In this document: positions 11,885-24,033 of the stretch, piece by piece | Position numbering within the stretch: position 1 is the first letter of the stretch | Layout: every line of letters starts with the position of its first letter | Origin: Octopus sinensis | Lineage: Eukaryota | Assembly: GCF_006345805.1 (NCBI RefSeq) | Contig: NC_043000.1 | Location: 10,292,001 to 10,356,000, forward strand | DNA: 64,000 nucleotides | Direction of reading: 5' to 3' | Notes under the pieces: generated by a model | Seen by the model: only the letters and a program-made list of their open reading frames with translations | Database searches by the model: none | Told to the model about the DNA's origin: nothing | Made by a program: the position numbers and the translations under genes

Positions 11885-12188
11885 GTGGAGGCCCAGTGAT
11901 GAGGGCAGCGGACTCGTGGTCGGAGGATCGCGGTTTCGATTCCCAGACCGGGCGTTGTGTGTGTTTGTTGAGCGAAATCACCTAAAACTCCACGAGTCTC
12001 TGGCAGGAGATGGTGGCGACCCCTGTTGTACTCTTTCGCCACAGCTTTCTCTCACTCTTTCTTCCTGTTTCTTGAGTAACGCTGCGATGGACTGGCGTCT
12101 CGTCCAGCTGAGGAACACATACGCCACAGAAACCGGGAAAACGGGCCCATGAGCCTGGCTAGGCTTGAAAAGGGCGCATAAAAAATGA
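11885..12188 (+). mobile_element. SINE B, tail type ii
   Basis: Family B head and body, tail gagcctggctaggcttgaaaagggcgc; TSD aatattactttt. Confidence 0.85.
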
Positions 12189-12302
12189 AAATATTACTTT
12201 TAAAATAATATTTACGAATAAACCAGGTCTTGGTGTAAAGTAATTTTTTTAATCAATGTCACAAATCAATATCAATTTTTATCGCTATTTTTTGCCTTTT
12301 AT

Positions 12303-12695
12303 CTGTTTCTGCCATTGCACTGCAGCCATGCTGGGGCAGCGCTTTGAAGGGTTTTAGTCAAATAATTCGGTACCAGGACCTGTTGTTTAAAGTCTGGTAC
12401 TAATTCTATCGATTACTTAAGCCGAGCCGCTAAGTTACGGGACGTAAATAAATCAACGCAGGTTGCCAAGTAGTGAGAGAGGGAAAATACAGTCTCACAC
12501 ACACGCACGCATGCACACACACTCGCGCGCACACATTTACATACATACACACATATGTGTGTAGGGGTGTATACAGTTTCTGTCTACGAAATTCACCTAC
12601 AAGTCAAGACATTTGCCCGAGGTGTCGCGCAGTAGGATTGAACCCTTACACCATGTGGTTGCAAAGCGGGTTTCTTAACCATATAGCCATGGCTC
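12303..12695 (-). mobile_element. Degraded SINE C
   Basis: cagccatgctggggcagcgc...gctaagttacgggacgtaaa...catttgcccgaggtgtcgcgcagt. Confidence 0.7.
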
Positions 12696-12845
12696 TGTAC
12701 CACGTTAGTGCTTCACAGCTCTTTAGAAACCATTGGACTCTGAGATAAATTATTTTTATGTCAGGACATTTGTAAACTCCGATATTGTCTGACCAGTTCT
12801 TTTTGACTTCTGGTTTAAAACGTATTCTATATTTTAATGTTTCTG

Positions 12846-12912
<67 letters not shown>

Positions 12913-13015
12913 AGAGTAAGTACATAAGTGTGAAAGAAGGTGGAAAAAATAGTCCTCGAATACCGGAGGTAGAGTAATATGCTTTATTAACAAATATTAA
13001 CAAGGCATCACAAAA

Positions 13016-13054
13016 ACTGTTACTCAGAGTTTCACGTTCCCGTTCGTCGGGCAG
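13016..13054 (-). ncRNA. Hammerhead ribozyme candidate, CCGACGA core
   Basis: Reverse complement reads ctgc CCGACGA AC-gggaac-GT GAAA CTC-T-GAG TA ACAG. Confidence 0.6.
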
Positions 13055-13068
13055 TTTTGGTTGAGAAT

Positions 13069-13106
13069 CTGTCCGATGAACAGGAACGTGAAACTCTGAG
13101 TAACAG
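13069..13106 (+). ncRNA. Hammerhead ribozyme candidate, CCGATGA core
   Basis: Stem I ctgt/acag, core CCGATGA 13073-13079, stem II AC..GT, GAAA 13090-13093, stem III CTC-T-GAG, GUA triplet (cut after 13102). Confidence 0.65.
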
Positions 13107-13218
13107 TCTTTGTGATGCCTTCGCAGCTTTATTGATAAGTGTGTGCATGTGTGTGTGTGTATGTGTGTGTGTGTGTGTGTACGTTTGATTGTATTTATTA
13201 TTATTATTATTATATATA

Positions 13219-13280
<62 letters not shown>

Positions 13281-14073
13281 TTTACTATTGAGTATGTGTA
13301 TATGTGTATGTTATATGTTTCTTTTGCTAAAATAGCCATAAAAAAAGAAAGTGTGAGAGAATATACTTAAAGAAATATATGGAAATTTTTTCCTGATTCC
13401 GTTCCTGTTCAACTCATAAAATCGTGTCCTGTTGGATTATTTTGAATATAAACTACTTGAAAACATCAAACGTCACTCTTCATCTCAAATGTGTACTTAA
13501 TGTCATTCCTGTAGACAAACTATTCTTGGCAATGCTACAAGAGAAAAAAAATAACTTATACAAAATATACAATTACACATTTTTAATCTATCATATTTAG
13601 TATAGAAAGAATCAATAATTAATAGTAAGCTAGGGTTTTGAAACCTAGAAAGTCATATTATTATTGTTAATATACTGAAAGGATGCATGATTATAGATGG
13701 GATAAGGGAATTATGTGGTGAGTGGAAAAATATATATTTTTTTACTTATAGAATTTTGTTCCAGCTTTCAAATGTGCTGTCATTTTAGAAATATCGAGAA
13801 CATCAAATGCGCTGGAAAAAATGTCTCAATTTGATTTAATGACAAGCTGTATGTTCGAGACCTTAAAATACTAAGTTTAACATAGTTTCGCAAATATTCA
13901 TTTTATTATTTAAGTTTAAAAGTAAAGTTCGAGCTGTCGGGGGCTGCTACTGTCATAAACCTTAGTTTACCATCATCAATTACAACAGATGAAGTAGGGT
14001 CCTGTGTGTTGTCGCTCAACCTGCTAAAAATAACTGCCAAATCTCCTTCAAATCACGTCTTGCTGTTTTCAAT

Positions 14074-14285
14074 AAATACGCTGCCAACAAAGCACGCGGA
14101 CTTCTGTTTTTGATTCGACGGTCATTCGGAATGCTCACAGCAGCCATATTCCTACCGCTCTATGTCACGCTGGTGAGACCCATATTGGAGTATGGGATTC
14201 AAGCCTCTTCTCCTTATCTCCTCAAAGACATACATCATCTCGAAAGAGTCCAGAAGCTAGCTATCCGCTCGGTTCAAAGTCTCTC
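14074..14285 (+). mobile_element. CR1-clade LINE reverse transcriptase C-terminal fragment
   Basis: KYAANKARGLLFLIRRSFGMLTAAIFLPLYVTLVRPILEYGIQASSPYLLKDIHHLERVQKLA (LY..LVRP.LEY and LERVQ motifs). Confidence 0.85.
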
Positions 14286-14763
14286 TTGACCAGAAATGGC
14301 CTGAACTCTTTGTATGACCACCCTCCCTGTACATAACTCCTTGCCCCCCTACCTGGCCTTGCTTTTGCTTTTTGAGTCAATAAAAATTAAATTAAATTTT
14401 AAAAAATAAAGGAAGGATACACTGGAAAATGTACTGTTGGATATACAAAACCACAGAATGGTCACTGCTAGAACGTCTATGATTATAGGTCTGTTCATCC
14501 AAGGCGGACCTAGAATTTACCAACAACTAGTTATGATAATACTCTAAACATATTATTAAGCTTGATCAATTGTGTAATATAGCAGGACAGGTCTCAGTAC
14601 ATTCAGACCTCTTCTCTTATCAGGGTTTCGTTGCTGATGTTGATTTTTAACTCCTATTGCATTTGTATTTCAAACTTACTACTCATATCAATATATTTTT
14701 TTTACTTGAATCTCTCATTTTCTACTTCCGTCGCTTGATTTCTTTTTATTCTGTTCTTCTTCT

Positions 14764-14814
<51 letters not shown>

Positions 14815-14921
14815 ATATATATATATATATAATTTACAAATGAGGGTGAAAAATTTAATATTAATTTGATAATACCATCAATTTAACACCAAGTGGCTTA
14901 GCACATAAAAACCAGGGATAC

Positions 14922-15110
14922 AATATAAATTTATACATAAATATATAAATTTATACATAAATACAATATAAATTTATTCATAAATATATAAATTTATACA
15001 TAATATATAAATTTATACATAAATACAATATAAATTTATTCATAAATATATAAATTTATACATAAATATATAAATTTAAACATAAATACAATATAAATTT
15101 ATACATAAAT
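14922..15110. repeat. AT-rich minisatellite, ~19-22 bp unit aatataaatttatacataa(atac)
   Basis: About nine tandem variant units, read directly. Confidence 0.85.
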
Positions 15111-15312
15111 TATAGATGTTGTGTAAGTAAAGTTACATATTACATTAATAATGAAACAATTGTCCAGAGTTAATCTATTTTTTCGTTATTTTTCACTTGC
15201 CTCACGTTAAATGTTGTGTTATTTCTCCTTGGAAATAATTTTTAGTGGCTATACCATAGCGGATCTATTTTTAGCACTAGAGTCGACCACATAGTGGTTA
15301 CTCTCTCATATT

Positions 15313-15372
<60 letters not shown>

Positions 15373-15772
15373 TACTCTTTTACTCTTTTCAGCCATTTGA
15401 CTTCGGCCACGCTGGAGCACCGCCTTCAGTCGAGAAAATCGACCGCAGGACTTATTCTTTGTACGCCTAGTACTTATTCTATCAGTCTCTTTTGTCGAAA
15501 CGCTAAGTTACGGAACGTAAACACACCAGCATCGGTTGTCAAGCGATGTTAGGGGAACAAACATAGACACAAACACACACACACACACATGTATATATAT
15601 ACATATATACGACGGGCTTCTTTCAGTTTCCGTCTACCAAATCCACTCAAAAGGCTTTGGTCGACCCGAGGCTATAGTAGAAGACAGTTGCCCAAGGTGC
15701 CACGCAGTGGGACTGAAGCCGGAACCATGTGGCTGGTAAGCAAGCTACTTACCACACAGCCACTCCGACGCT
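15373..15772 (-). mobile_element. SINE C
   Basis: Full family C structure. Confidence 0.88.
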
Positions 15773-16386
15773 TATATATATATACATATATATACCCTAC
15801 TTCTCCGGCATCATTTTTATCCTGTTTTCTATTCCCTCCTCTATAAACAAAACTACCACCCAACTACGCCCAACCACTTATTTCTAGTATCTCACATAAC
15901 CTAGACTATCCTACTTAATCTTATAATCTTGCAAACTTTTAAGATTCACCCTTCCCCATCCCCTCCCCTCTTTATGTTCATTTACTTTACACTTCAACCT
16001 TACACGACCTAGTTTTCCTAGCTTATTCGCTCGTACTAACTACTTTGCTTAACCTATTACCTCTAAAAGTCTTTTACATTTTAACCTTTTCTCACCTTTC
16101 TGTTTCATTCATTTCTTCTTCCATAAACAACAGTACCACCCAGTCAACCCCAATCGCACTAACACTCCCATCACTACCAATATGTTCCAAGCGCGACCTG
16201 ACTTCCCGACTTCTCTTCACCTATTTCCTTTTAAATTGTCTTTTAATTTTAAACTTTTACCATTCAACATTGCCCAAACATCACTTCCTCTTTTCTTAGT
16301 GCCTTTTCACTCTACATTTTAACACAACAGAGTTATCTTTATTCTTTTCTATGTTATGCATTTTCATACCTATAATTACAACCTTT

Positions 16387-16768
16387 GGAGGCGCAATGGC
16401 CCAGTGGTTAGGGCAGCGGACTCGCGGTCATAGGATCGCGGTTTCGATTCCCAGACCGGGCGTTGTGAGTGTTTATTGAGCGAAAACACCTAAAGCTCCA
16501 CGAGGCTCCGGCAGGGGATGGTGGTGATCCCTGCTGTACTCTTTCACCACAACATTCACTCTTACTTCCTGTTTCTGTTGTACCTGTATTTCAAAGGGCC
16601 GGCCTTGTCACTCTCTGTGTCACGCTGAATATCCCAGAGAACTACGTTAAGGGTACACGTGTCTGTGGAGTGCTCAGCCACTTACACGTTAATTTCACGA
16701 GCAGGCTGTTCCGTTGATTCGTATCAACCGGAATCCTTGTCGTCGTAACCGACGGAGTGCTTCCATCC
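16387..16768 (+). mobile_element. SINE B, long tail type i
   Basis: A-box tggcccagtggtt, B-box ggtttcgattccc, tail ...gtaaccgacggagtgcttcc; 13-bp TSD aattacaaccttt. Confidence 0.9.
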
Positions 16769-17099
16769 AATTACAACCTTTACATTCTCTCTGTGTTTCA
16801 ATCTTACTATCGCTTTCTTCATCAATATCATTTCATTTATAATTTACTTTTTTCTCTCGATATTATATATCACCATTTACTTCTAGAATTTTTATTTTAC
16901 TTGTAATTTCGTTACCATCCTAAATTATTATGTGTAATATTATCATCTCCACCATTTCTCTACCCTAACTTCGCATTTACAGCATATGAAAAACATATTT
17001 ATGAATCGTCTCTGGGGAGACATGAGTCGTAATATCTGGCCGTGTTGTAGGATGATAAATATCTCTAGCGTATGTTTGCACGTGCAGTTTTTTTTTTTT

Positions 17100-17290
17100 T
17101 AGGTTTGTTTAGCTTATCAAGGAGCCTAAGCAGCGTCGCTCTGAACTGGTCTGTCAACACCTTGCAACTCTCGTTCAGTGACCTCTCAGAGGAGTTCATG
17201 ATGTCAAGAACAAGAGAGGCCATGAAGTACAGGGATTCCAGTGACAAAAAAATGGCACGGGATGGCATTGAAGTTTGTACACGAAAGGGG
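17100..17290 (+). mobile_element. HERO-like (RLE non-LTR) RT C-terminal fragment
   Basis: LSRSLSSVALNWSVNTLQLSFSDLSEEFMMSRTREAMKYRDSSDKKMARDGIEV resembles from memory the GLP.SLSSIALY...LQLP.....EEFK..R.R....YRDS.D..V...GIEV stretch; not database-verified. Confidence 0.55.
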
Positions 17291-18160
17291 TAGAGTGCTG
17301 TCAGAGTTACAAAATAATGATGCTATATCCTACAAACTATGCTGCTTCGAACGTCTTTATATTTATCAAGGACATTACTTTTAAATTATACTTGCAGACC
17401 TAGACATTTTCTTTATACCTAATAAAATAGAAGATAAACTGTACAGTAGAAATAAATCTTTTCTATGCGATTGTAAAGATAATGGCGTGAAGATAGTTTG
17501 AGTTTAAAACCCATAATATCAGGAAATATCGCAATTTCGCATATCCTTAAACTATCTTCGAGGCAAACATCTCTGAGCCATATGCTCTCCAAAATCCGTG
17601 CAACAAATATGCATACGTATATATGATTAACATGGTTTCGTCTCATAGATCTATAAAAATTCGTATTGTTCCATATACCTAAAATATTTGGAGTCGTTTT
17701 TCCATAATAGATATCGCTATGACATACGTTATGGTTCACTCGATAAGACTATAACATCATTCCTTTTTCTTTATTTGTGTTCCATGACAATATACTCATG
17801 AAACCGACTTGTGTGTAAATGCCTTTTTGCTTCCATACCTGCTTGACGGAAATCATTCCTATAACCGAATTTCTACATTGGAGCCACTTACCCTTGATGA
17901 AGGAGTTGAAATTTAAGTTCATATTTACCCGAAAACAACTTCGTTTGCTTTAGTATTCACCGACATTATCTCTCTCATTCCCTTCCTCTCCATTTTTATA
18001 CATACATACGCGCGCATGCACTCACACACACGCACACACACATACACACACACGCAGACACACACACACGCAGACACACACACACACGCAGACACACACA
18101 CACACGCAGACACACACACACGGAGACACACACACACATATATATATTATACACATATGT

Positions 18161-18326
18161 AGGCGCAGGAGTGACTGTGTGATAAGTAGCTTGCTTACCA
18201 ACCACAGGGTTCTGAGTTCAGTCCCATTGCGTGGCACCTTGGGTAGGTGTATTCTACTATAGCCTCGGGCCACCAAAGCCTTGTGGGTGGATTCGGTAGA
18301 CGAAAACTGAAAGAAGCCCGTCGTAC

Positions 18327-18365
<39 letters not shown>

Positions 18366-19752
18366 TGTAATAAATAAAATATATGCATACATACGTATGT
18401 ACGTACCGACATCTACATGTACATATACATGCATATATAAATATATATACGTACAGGACACCACAAGAAGACGTAAAAATCAACAGAAACGAAAACGGAA
18501 AAGCCATTTTGTTACAATAGAAGGACAGAGACGTGGAACAAGACGAAACGAAAACGGGAAAAACAATTATGTACAGCAGAAAAACGAAGTACAGGACATG
18601 CTGCACAAGGAAAAATCCCCTTCATCAGCTGTCGCTAGCAGACATAGCGTGTTTCGAAGGCAAGACAGGACACGTCTGGCCATGCTAGGCCTTCCTACGA
18701 GAGAATTAGAATAAAATAACCTCGTAGAGGGGTAAAACGAGCAAGAAAAAAATGTATGTTTATATATATATAAATTAGAAAAATACTCTTATCATTTCAA
18801 TAATGAAAAATTAAATTATACCATTTAGAAAAATTACATATTATAGAAAGATTAAATATAAGATAAAACATATAACTGATTCATTAATTTGCAAAAAGGT
18901 TAATAAAACGTATATATTTGGTAGAATAACGACACGTGTTTCGTGGCTATATTTAAGAAATGATAATAGTAATAATAATAGTAAAATCACTTCAATATAA
19001 ATATAGTCACTCTTCTGGTTAAAGATAAAACAATAAAATAATTAATTAGATAAATTACTAAATATACGTAAATAATCTTGTAAAATACGAAATATCTTAA
19101 CAAATATATTCTTGTTTAAATAAAAAAAAATAGAATAAAAAATAAGATATAATTAATTAAAATATTTAAAACAATATATATATAAATAAAATACAAAATA
19201 TACATTAAGTGAAAACTAAATACTATAATTTAATCTATATACATTAAATTAAATTATTTATTTATTTATTTATTTAATAAAAATCTAAATAAAATCTTAT
19301 ACTCATTAAGTAATTTATATCAAAATCCTTAATGTTAAGTAATATACATAATGTTAGTACAAGCTATAAATATTAGAACTAATAATAGGAAATGGTTTAA
19401 ATATATACACTAACTATATTATAAATATATATGTAGTATATATAGATTTAATTTTTTACTCAATTATATAGTTGACAAAAAATCAATTAATATTAAACTG
19501 ATATATATATATATATAGATATATAGATATACATTTGTGTGTTTGTGTTTGTCCCCTTGCCACCACTGCTTGACAACTGATGTTGGTGTGTTTACGTCCC
19601 CGTAACTTAGCGGTTCGGCAAAAGAGACCGGTAGAATAAGTACTATGCTTACAAAGAATAAGTTCTTGAGTCGATTTCTTCGACTAAAGGCGGTGCTCCA
19701 GCATGGCCGCAGTCAAATGACTGAAACAAAAAAAAAACTAAAAGAGTAAAGA
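18161..19752 (+). mobile_element. SINE C split into 5' half (18161-18325) and 3' half (~19530-19752) by a ~1.1 kb insert in its internal (TA)n
   Basis: Both halves are on the same strand and complementary in content; the insert is AT-rich and PLE pLTR-like with a hammerhead core. Confidence 0.7.
18927..19021 (-). ncRNA. Hammerhead-like motif with altered core (CAGAAGA)
   Basis: Reverse complement: taac CAGAAGA GTGactatatt...aatatagcCAC GAAA CACGTG TC gtta. All three stems are present; U4 is replaced by A. Confidence 0.55.
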
Positions 19753-19863
19753 ATATGCATATGCATATATACATACATATGTATATATACATATATCTAT
19801 GCCTGCGTGTATATATCAGTGTATGTATACATGCATATATACACACCCACACACACACACACC

Positions 19864-19971
<108 letters not shown>

Positions 19972-20484
19972 GCATGTATGTAAGCACGCTTGTGTGTGTG
20001 TCTGTTCTATTATCCATCCCGTTACTCAGTGAAAGCGCTAATGATTTTACCAAGCTCGGCCAACATTAATTACGCCCTATGCTATACCCCGTGCCATGTA
20101 ATATCTATTAAATCTATGCAAACATACTCAGACTCGATGAGAAGATTGTTTTTCATTATAATCCCACTTAATAAAAGCACGTGACTTTTGTACTTCCAAC
20201 TCGTCTTAGATTCTCATCACAACTGCCGGATATAGAAACTCAAAACAAACTTCGCATTAAGTATAAGTGTCTTTACTGATAGTATTGTTTACATTAAATA
20301 TAGTTGTTGTTTCGTTTTCGTATTTGGCTTGCAAGATTCTTGATGCGAATTCGTGCGTTGAAATAGATTTTGTTGTGCCCAAGAAGGGTATTATACAAAT
20401 AATAATCACACGCGCTGGGTTTGTTTCACTTCCATTATCATCGTCGTAATAATTAATAAACCATTATTGTTATTATTGTTGTTG

Positions 20485-20521
<37 letters not shown>

Positions 20522-20719
20522 TAAAGGTGGCAACTGGGAAAATTGCTACCGTGCCGGACAAAATGTTTAGCGGCGGTGGTCTGGAGTGGCGAGTCTTGCA
20601 TTGCGCAGTCAACGGCTAGACTTCCACAAAAACAAAAAAAAATCCTTGCCCACCCCTACGCATACAGATGCAGATAAACAGTCAAAACTGGTAAGCGACT
20701 GAAGCTTTGAAATAACGTT

Positions 20720-21050
20720 TGTGTGTGTGTGTGTTGTGTGTGTGTGTGTGTCTGTCTGTCTGTCTGTCTGTGTGTCTGTGTGTGTGTCTGTCTGTGTGTG
20801 TGTCTGTCTGTGTGTGTCTGTCTGTGTGTGTCTGTGTGTTGTGTGTGTGTATGTCTGTGTGTGTGTCTGTGTGTGTGTGTCTGTGTGTGTGTGTCTGTGT
20901 GTGTGTGTCTCTGTGTGTGTGTGTCTGTGTGTGTGTCTGTCTGTGTGTGTCTGTCTGTGTGTGTGTCTGTCTGTGTGTGTGTGTCTGTGTGTGTGTGTCT
21001 GTCTGTGTGTGTCTTTGTGTGTGTGTGTGTGTCTGTCTGTCTGTGTCTTG
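20720..21050. repeat. (TG)n/(TCTG)n compound microsatellite
   Basis: Direct reading. Confidence 0.95.
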
Positions 21051-21442
21051 TGTCCTACATTTTATTGACAATTAAAAATATATTGTAGATGCGCTGTTTC
21101 TGCGATACACTCTAGTTTTCGTTGCTGTCGTCGTAATAATGAAAAGAGCTTTTTTATACCGAGTTCTTTGAAACTTCACTGAACAAAAAATGCTTCTTTG
21201 TATTTTTTGCTGCCTTTGTATTCCTCGTTTCTTTTTATATTTGTAATTTATTTCTTTCTTTCACACACACCCTCTCTCTCTCTCTCTCTCTCTCTCATAT
21301 ACACAAAACTAAGCACATTTTTTCATCAAGAACTGCAAACAGATAATAGTATACTGAAAAAATAAATGCTCTTCTTCTTCCCCATTATTTTCCTTAATTA
21401 CGTTTAAGCACAAGCACGCACGCACACATGTACGAATAGCGA

Positions 21443-21511
<69 letters not shown>

Positions 21512-21558
21512 AATGAAAGAATGGAGTCGAACGACACGATTTAACAAAATTCCTTTAT

Positions 21559-21639
21559 TCTCGACACATGTTTCGAAGACTGCATATTCTTAATTCCGAA
21601 GGAATAAAGGGTGCATTATGCCGTCTTCTCATCAGGAAA
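21559..21639 (-). ncRNA. Hammerhead ribozyme candidate, canonical core, extended stem II
   Basis: Reverse complement: tttc CTGATGA GAAGAC..gcata..attcc-ttc-ggaat..tatgc..GTCTTC GAAA CATGTG TC gaga; GUC triplet. Confidence 0.72.
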
Positions 21640-21785
21640 GACAAGGAACTTATGTCAGCATCATGACGAACAAAAACTTTTAGATGACTGCCCACACGGA
21701 GTCCATAGTGATAATGAGTGTTTCTGCCTGTCTCTGTCTCTCTTATCTACTCTTGTGGGTTCGGGGTCGTTGTGAATTCTTGGCA

Positions 21786-21930
21786 AAGAAGAAGAAGAAG
21801 AAGAAGAAGAAGAAGAAGAAGAAGGAGGAGGAGGAGGAGAAGGAGAAGGAGAAGGAGGAGGAGGAGAAGGGGGAGGAGGAGGAGAAGGAGAAGAAGGAGA
21901 AAGAGGAGAAGGAGAAGGAGAAGAAAAAGA
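21786..21930. repeat. (GAA)n/(GAG)n purine tract
   Basis: Direct reading; source of poly-K/E/R ORFs. Confidence 0.95.
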
Positions 21931-21957
21931 TTCTCACGGAGGAAAAAATATGGGAGA

Positions 21958-22920
21958 ATTTGCTTTGGGGTTTGAAATGCACCTGAATATCAAGACGTGT
22001 TGTCGTTTTTAAATGTTGTAATAGATTTACTCAAATACCAAACCGGTTTCCACAATTTTTTGCTTATCAGTGGTAAAAATAAATTAATAAAGGGTTTTGG
22101 AGAGTTTAAAGTTACGATGTAAAATTCGGAAAATGTTACTTTGTAACTTATTTGTTTTGACGGACGTCATCAAAATTACAGCCAATCAAAACTTGATCCT
22201 TTACCGTAAAAACATATATATACTATAAAGATTTGGATTTATAACATTTCAAACAGGGTAAAGAGGCTCATACACTTCGGCTGAAATTAAGAAAAGAACT
22301 CTTACATGCATCACGACAGAAACTGCAAATTTTTTTTTCTCTTTCTTCCTTTTTCTTTATAAAAATTTAATATGACTGAACTTTCAATCATGTATATTTG
22401 TTATGATCAGGGCGGTGAGCTGGCAGAATCGTTAGCACACCGGGGGAAATGCTTAGCAGTATCTCGTCTGCCGTTACGTTCTGAGTTCAAATTCCGCCAA
22501 GGTTGACTTTGCCTGTCATCCTTTCGGGGTCGATAAATAAAGTACCAGTTTCGAACTGGGGTCGATGTAATCGACTTAATCCCTTTGTCTATCCTTGTTT
22601 GTCCCCTCTATGTTTAGCCCCTTGTGGGCAGTAAAGAAATATATATTTGTTATGATCTTTATCGAACAATTACTCTTTTATTACTGTCTTTCCCCGTGAA
22701 ACGCAGTGAAATTTGTGAACATTTCATCGTTTAAACATATTTTTTCGGATGTTACCTCGTTACTTTAAACTCTCCGAAACACCTTATTTATTTATTTATT
22801 TTTACCATTGAAAAGCAAAACAATTGTCGAAACCGGTTTGGTATTTGAATAAATCTATTGCAAAATTTTAAAACGACAAGTTTTGAGATTTAGGGGCATG
22901 TTCAAACCCCAAAATAAATT
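21958..22920. mobile_element. Old DNA-transposon-like element with ~170 bp degenerate TIRs, containing a SINE A
   Basis: 21958-22130 (ttggggtttgaa...atagatttactcaaataccaaaccggtttc...ggagagtttaaagt) is the approximate reverse complement of 22755-22920. Confidence 0.65.
22411..22641 (+). mobile_element. SINE A
   Basis: 16-bp TSD tatatttgttatgatc (22393-22408 and 22642-22657). Confidence 0.9.
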
Positions 22921-22937
22921 ATCGTATATATTCTTTT

Positions 22938-23258
22938 ATTTATTTTAGTCATTTGACTGCGGTCATGTTGGAGAACTGCCTTTAGTCAAAGAAATCGACC
23001 CAAGGACTTATTTTTTGTAATCCTAGTACTTATTCTATCGGACTTTTTTACCGAACCACTAAGTTACGGGGACGTAAACACACCAACAAGCGATGGTAGG
23101 AGGACAAACTCAGACACATAAACATATACATATATATATACGACGGGCTTCCTTCAGTTTCCGACCACCAAATCCACTCACAAGGCTTTGGTCGGCCCAG
23201 GGCTATCGTAGAAGACAATTGCCCGAGATACCACTCAGTGGGACTGAACCCAGAACCA
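22938..23258 (-). mobile_element. SINE C, degraded and 5'-truncated
   Basis: Family C body motifs. Confidence 0.78.
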
Positions 23259-23318
23259 TTTCCATCTTCCGTCACTCTTTATTCAAATAATATATATGTT
23301 AATATTAATATATATAGG

Positions 23319-23373
23319 TTACACTGATGAGGCTCGGGGTTTACATACCCTAAAGCCGAAACCTAGTTTGTGG
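23319..23373 (+). ncRNA. Hammerhead ribozyme candidate
   Basis: ttaca CTGATGA (23324-23330) GGCT-c-gggt..accc-taa-AGCC GAAA (23358-23361) C-cta-G TT tgtgg; GUU triplet, stem I with G-U pairs. Confidence 0.55.
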
Positions 23374-23657
23374 ACATCCCTAATTGCATAATATTTTTAT
23401 TTTGTGCTGTTAAATGTTTTAGTTCTTTGTTTTCCTCGCATACTGTTTTTCTCTGTTATCTTGGTGCAGTACGGTGGATTAATTTAAGACTTTAGCTCTT
23501 ATTTCTAGCATCATTATGCTTCGTGCAAATTTATAATTCATAGCTATTTAATACTATTGCGCCTGCGATCCACCTATGTCGCTGCTGGTGATATCATCCA
23601 CAGATGATATGAACAGTAGTGACGTCTGATTTCAAATCACAGTGCTTGAATGTTTTG

Positions 23658-23710
<53 letters not shown>

Positions 23711-23763
23711 TAAATTTATGCGTCTCGAAACAAACCGATAGAAATCTCTAAAAAATTCCTTAT

Positions 23764-23822
23764 TACCGTATTGGTCCAATTTTGGAGTTAATTCACAAGA
23801 AATTTTCCCCTCTTCAGCGGCA
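23764..23822 (-). ncRNA. Hammerhead copy with GAAA changed to AAAA (likely inactive)
   Basis: Reverse complement: tgccg CTGAAGA GGGG...CTCC AAAA TTGG-A-CCAA TA cggta. Confidence 0.55.
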
Positions 23823-23974
23823 CATACGCGAGATATAAATGAAATGCTTATTCATACCCATGCGCCGAAGATTTTTCTATTTTGGATATATTTGAGGTAC
23901 TTAAGTCTGCTCGGGACTTGGTGCTTGCTTCTTCCATGGGTATGAATAAGTATTTCATTTATATCTCGCGTATG

Positions 23975-24033
23975 TGCCGCTGAAGAGGGGAAAATTTCTT
24001 GTGAATTAACCCCGAAATTGGACCAATACGGTA
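23975..24033 (+). ncRNA. Hammerhead ribozyme candidate, fully canonical type I
   Basis: tgccg CTGAAGA (23980-23986) GGGG-19nt-CCCC GAAA (24014-24017) TTGG-A-CCAA TA cggta; cut predicted after 24028. Confidence 0.8.

Noticed and set aside
14922-15110. Regularly repeated ~20-bp units as a CRISPR-like array
   Set aside because: Units are directly tandem with no unique spacers, in a eukaryotic context.
18617-18660. Minus-strand GAAA...CTGATGA in permuted (type II-like) hammerhead order
   Set aside because: Stem III and the cleavage triplet need at least two corrections and stem II relies on G-U pairs; it cannot be distinguished from a decayed PLE motif.
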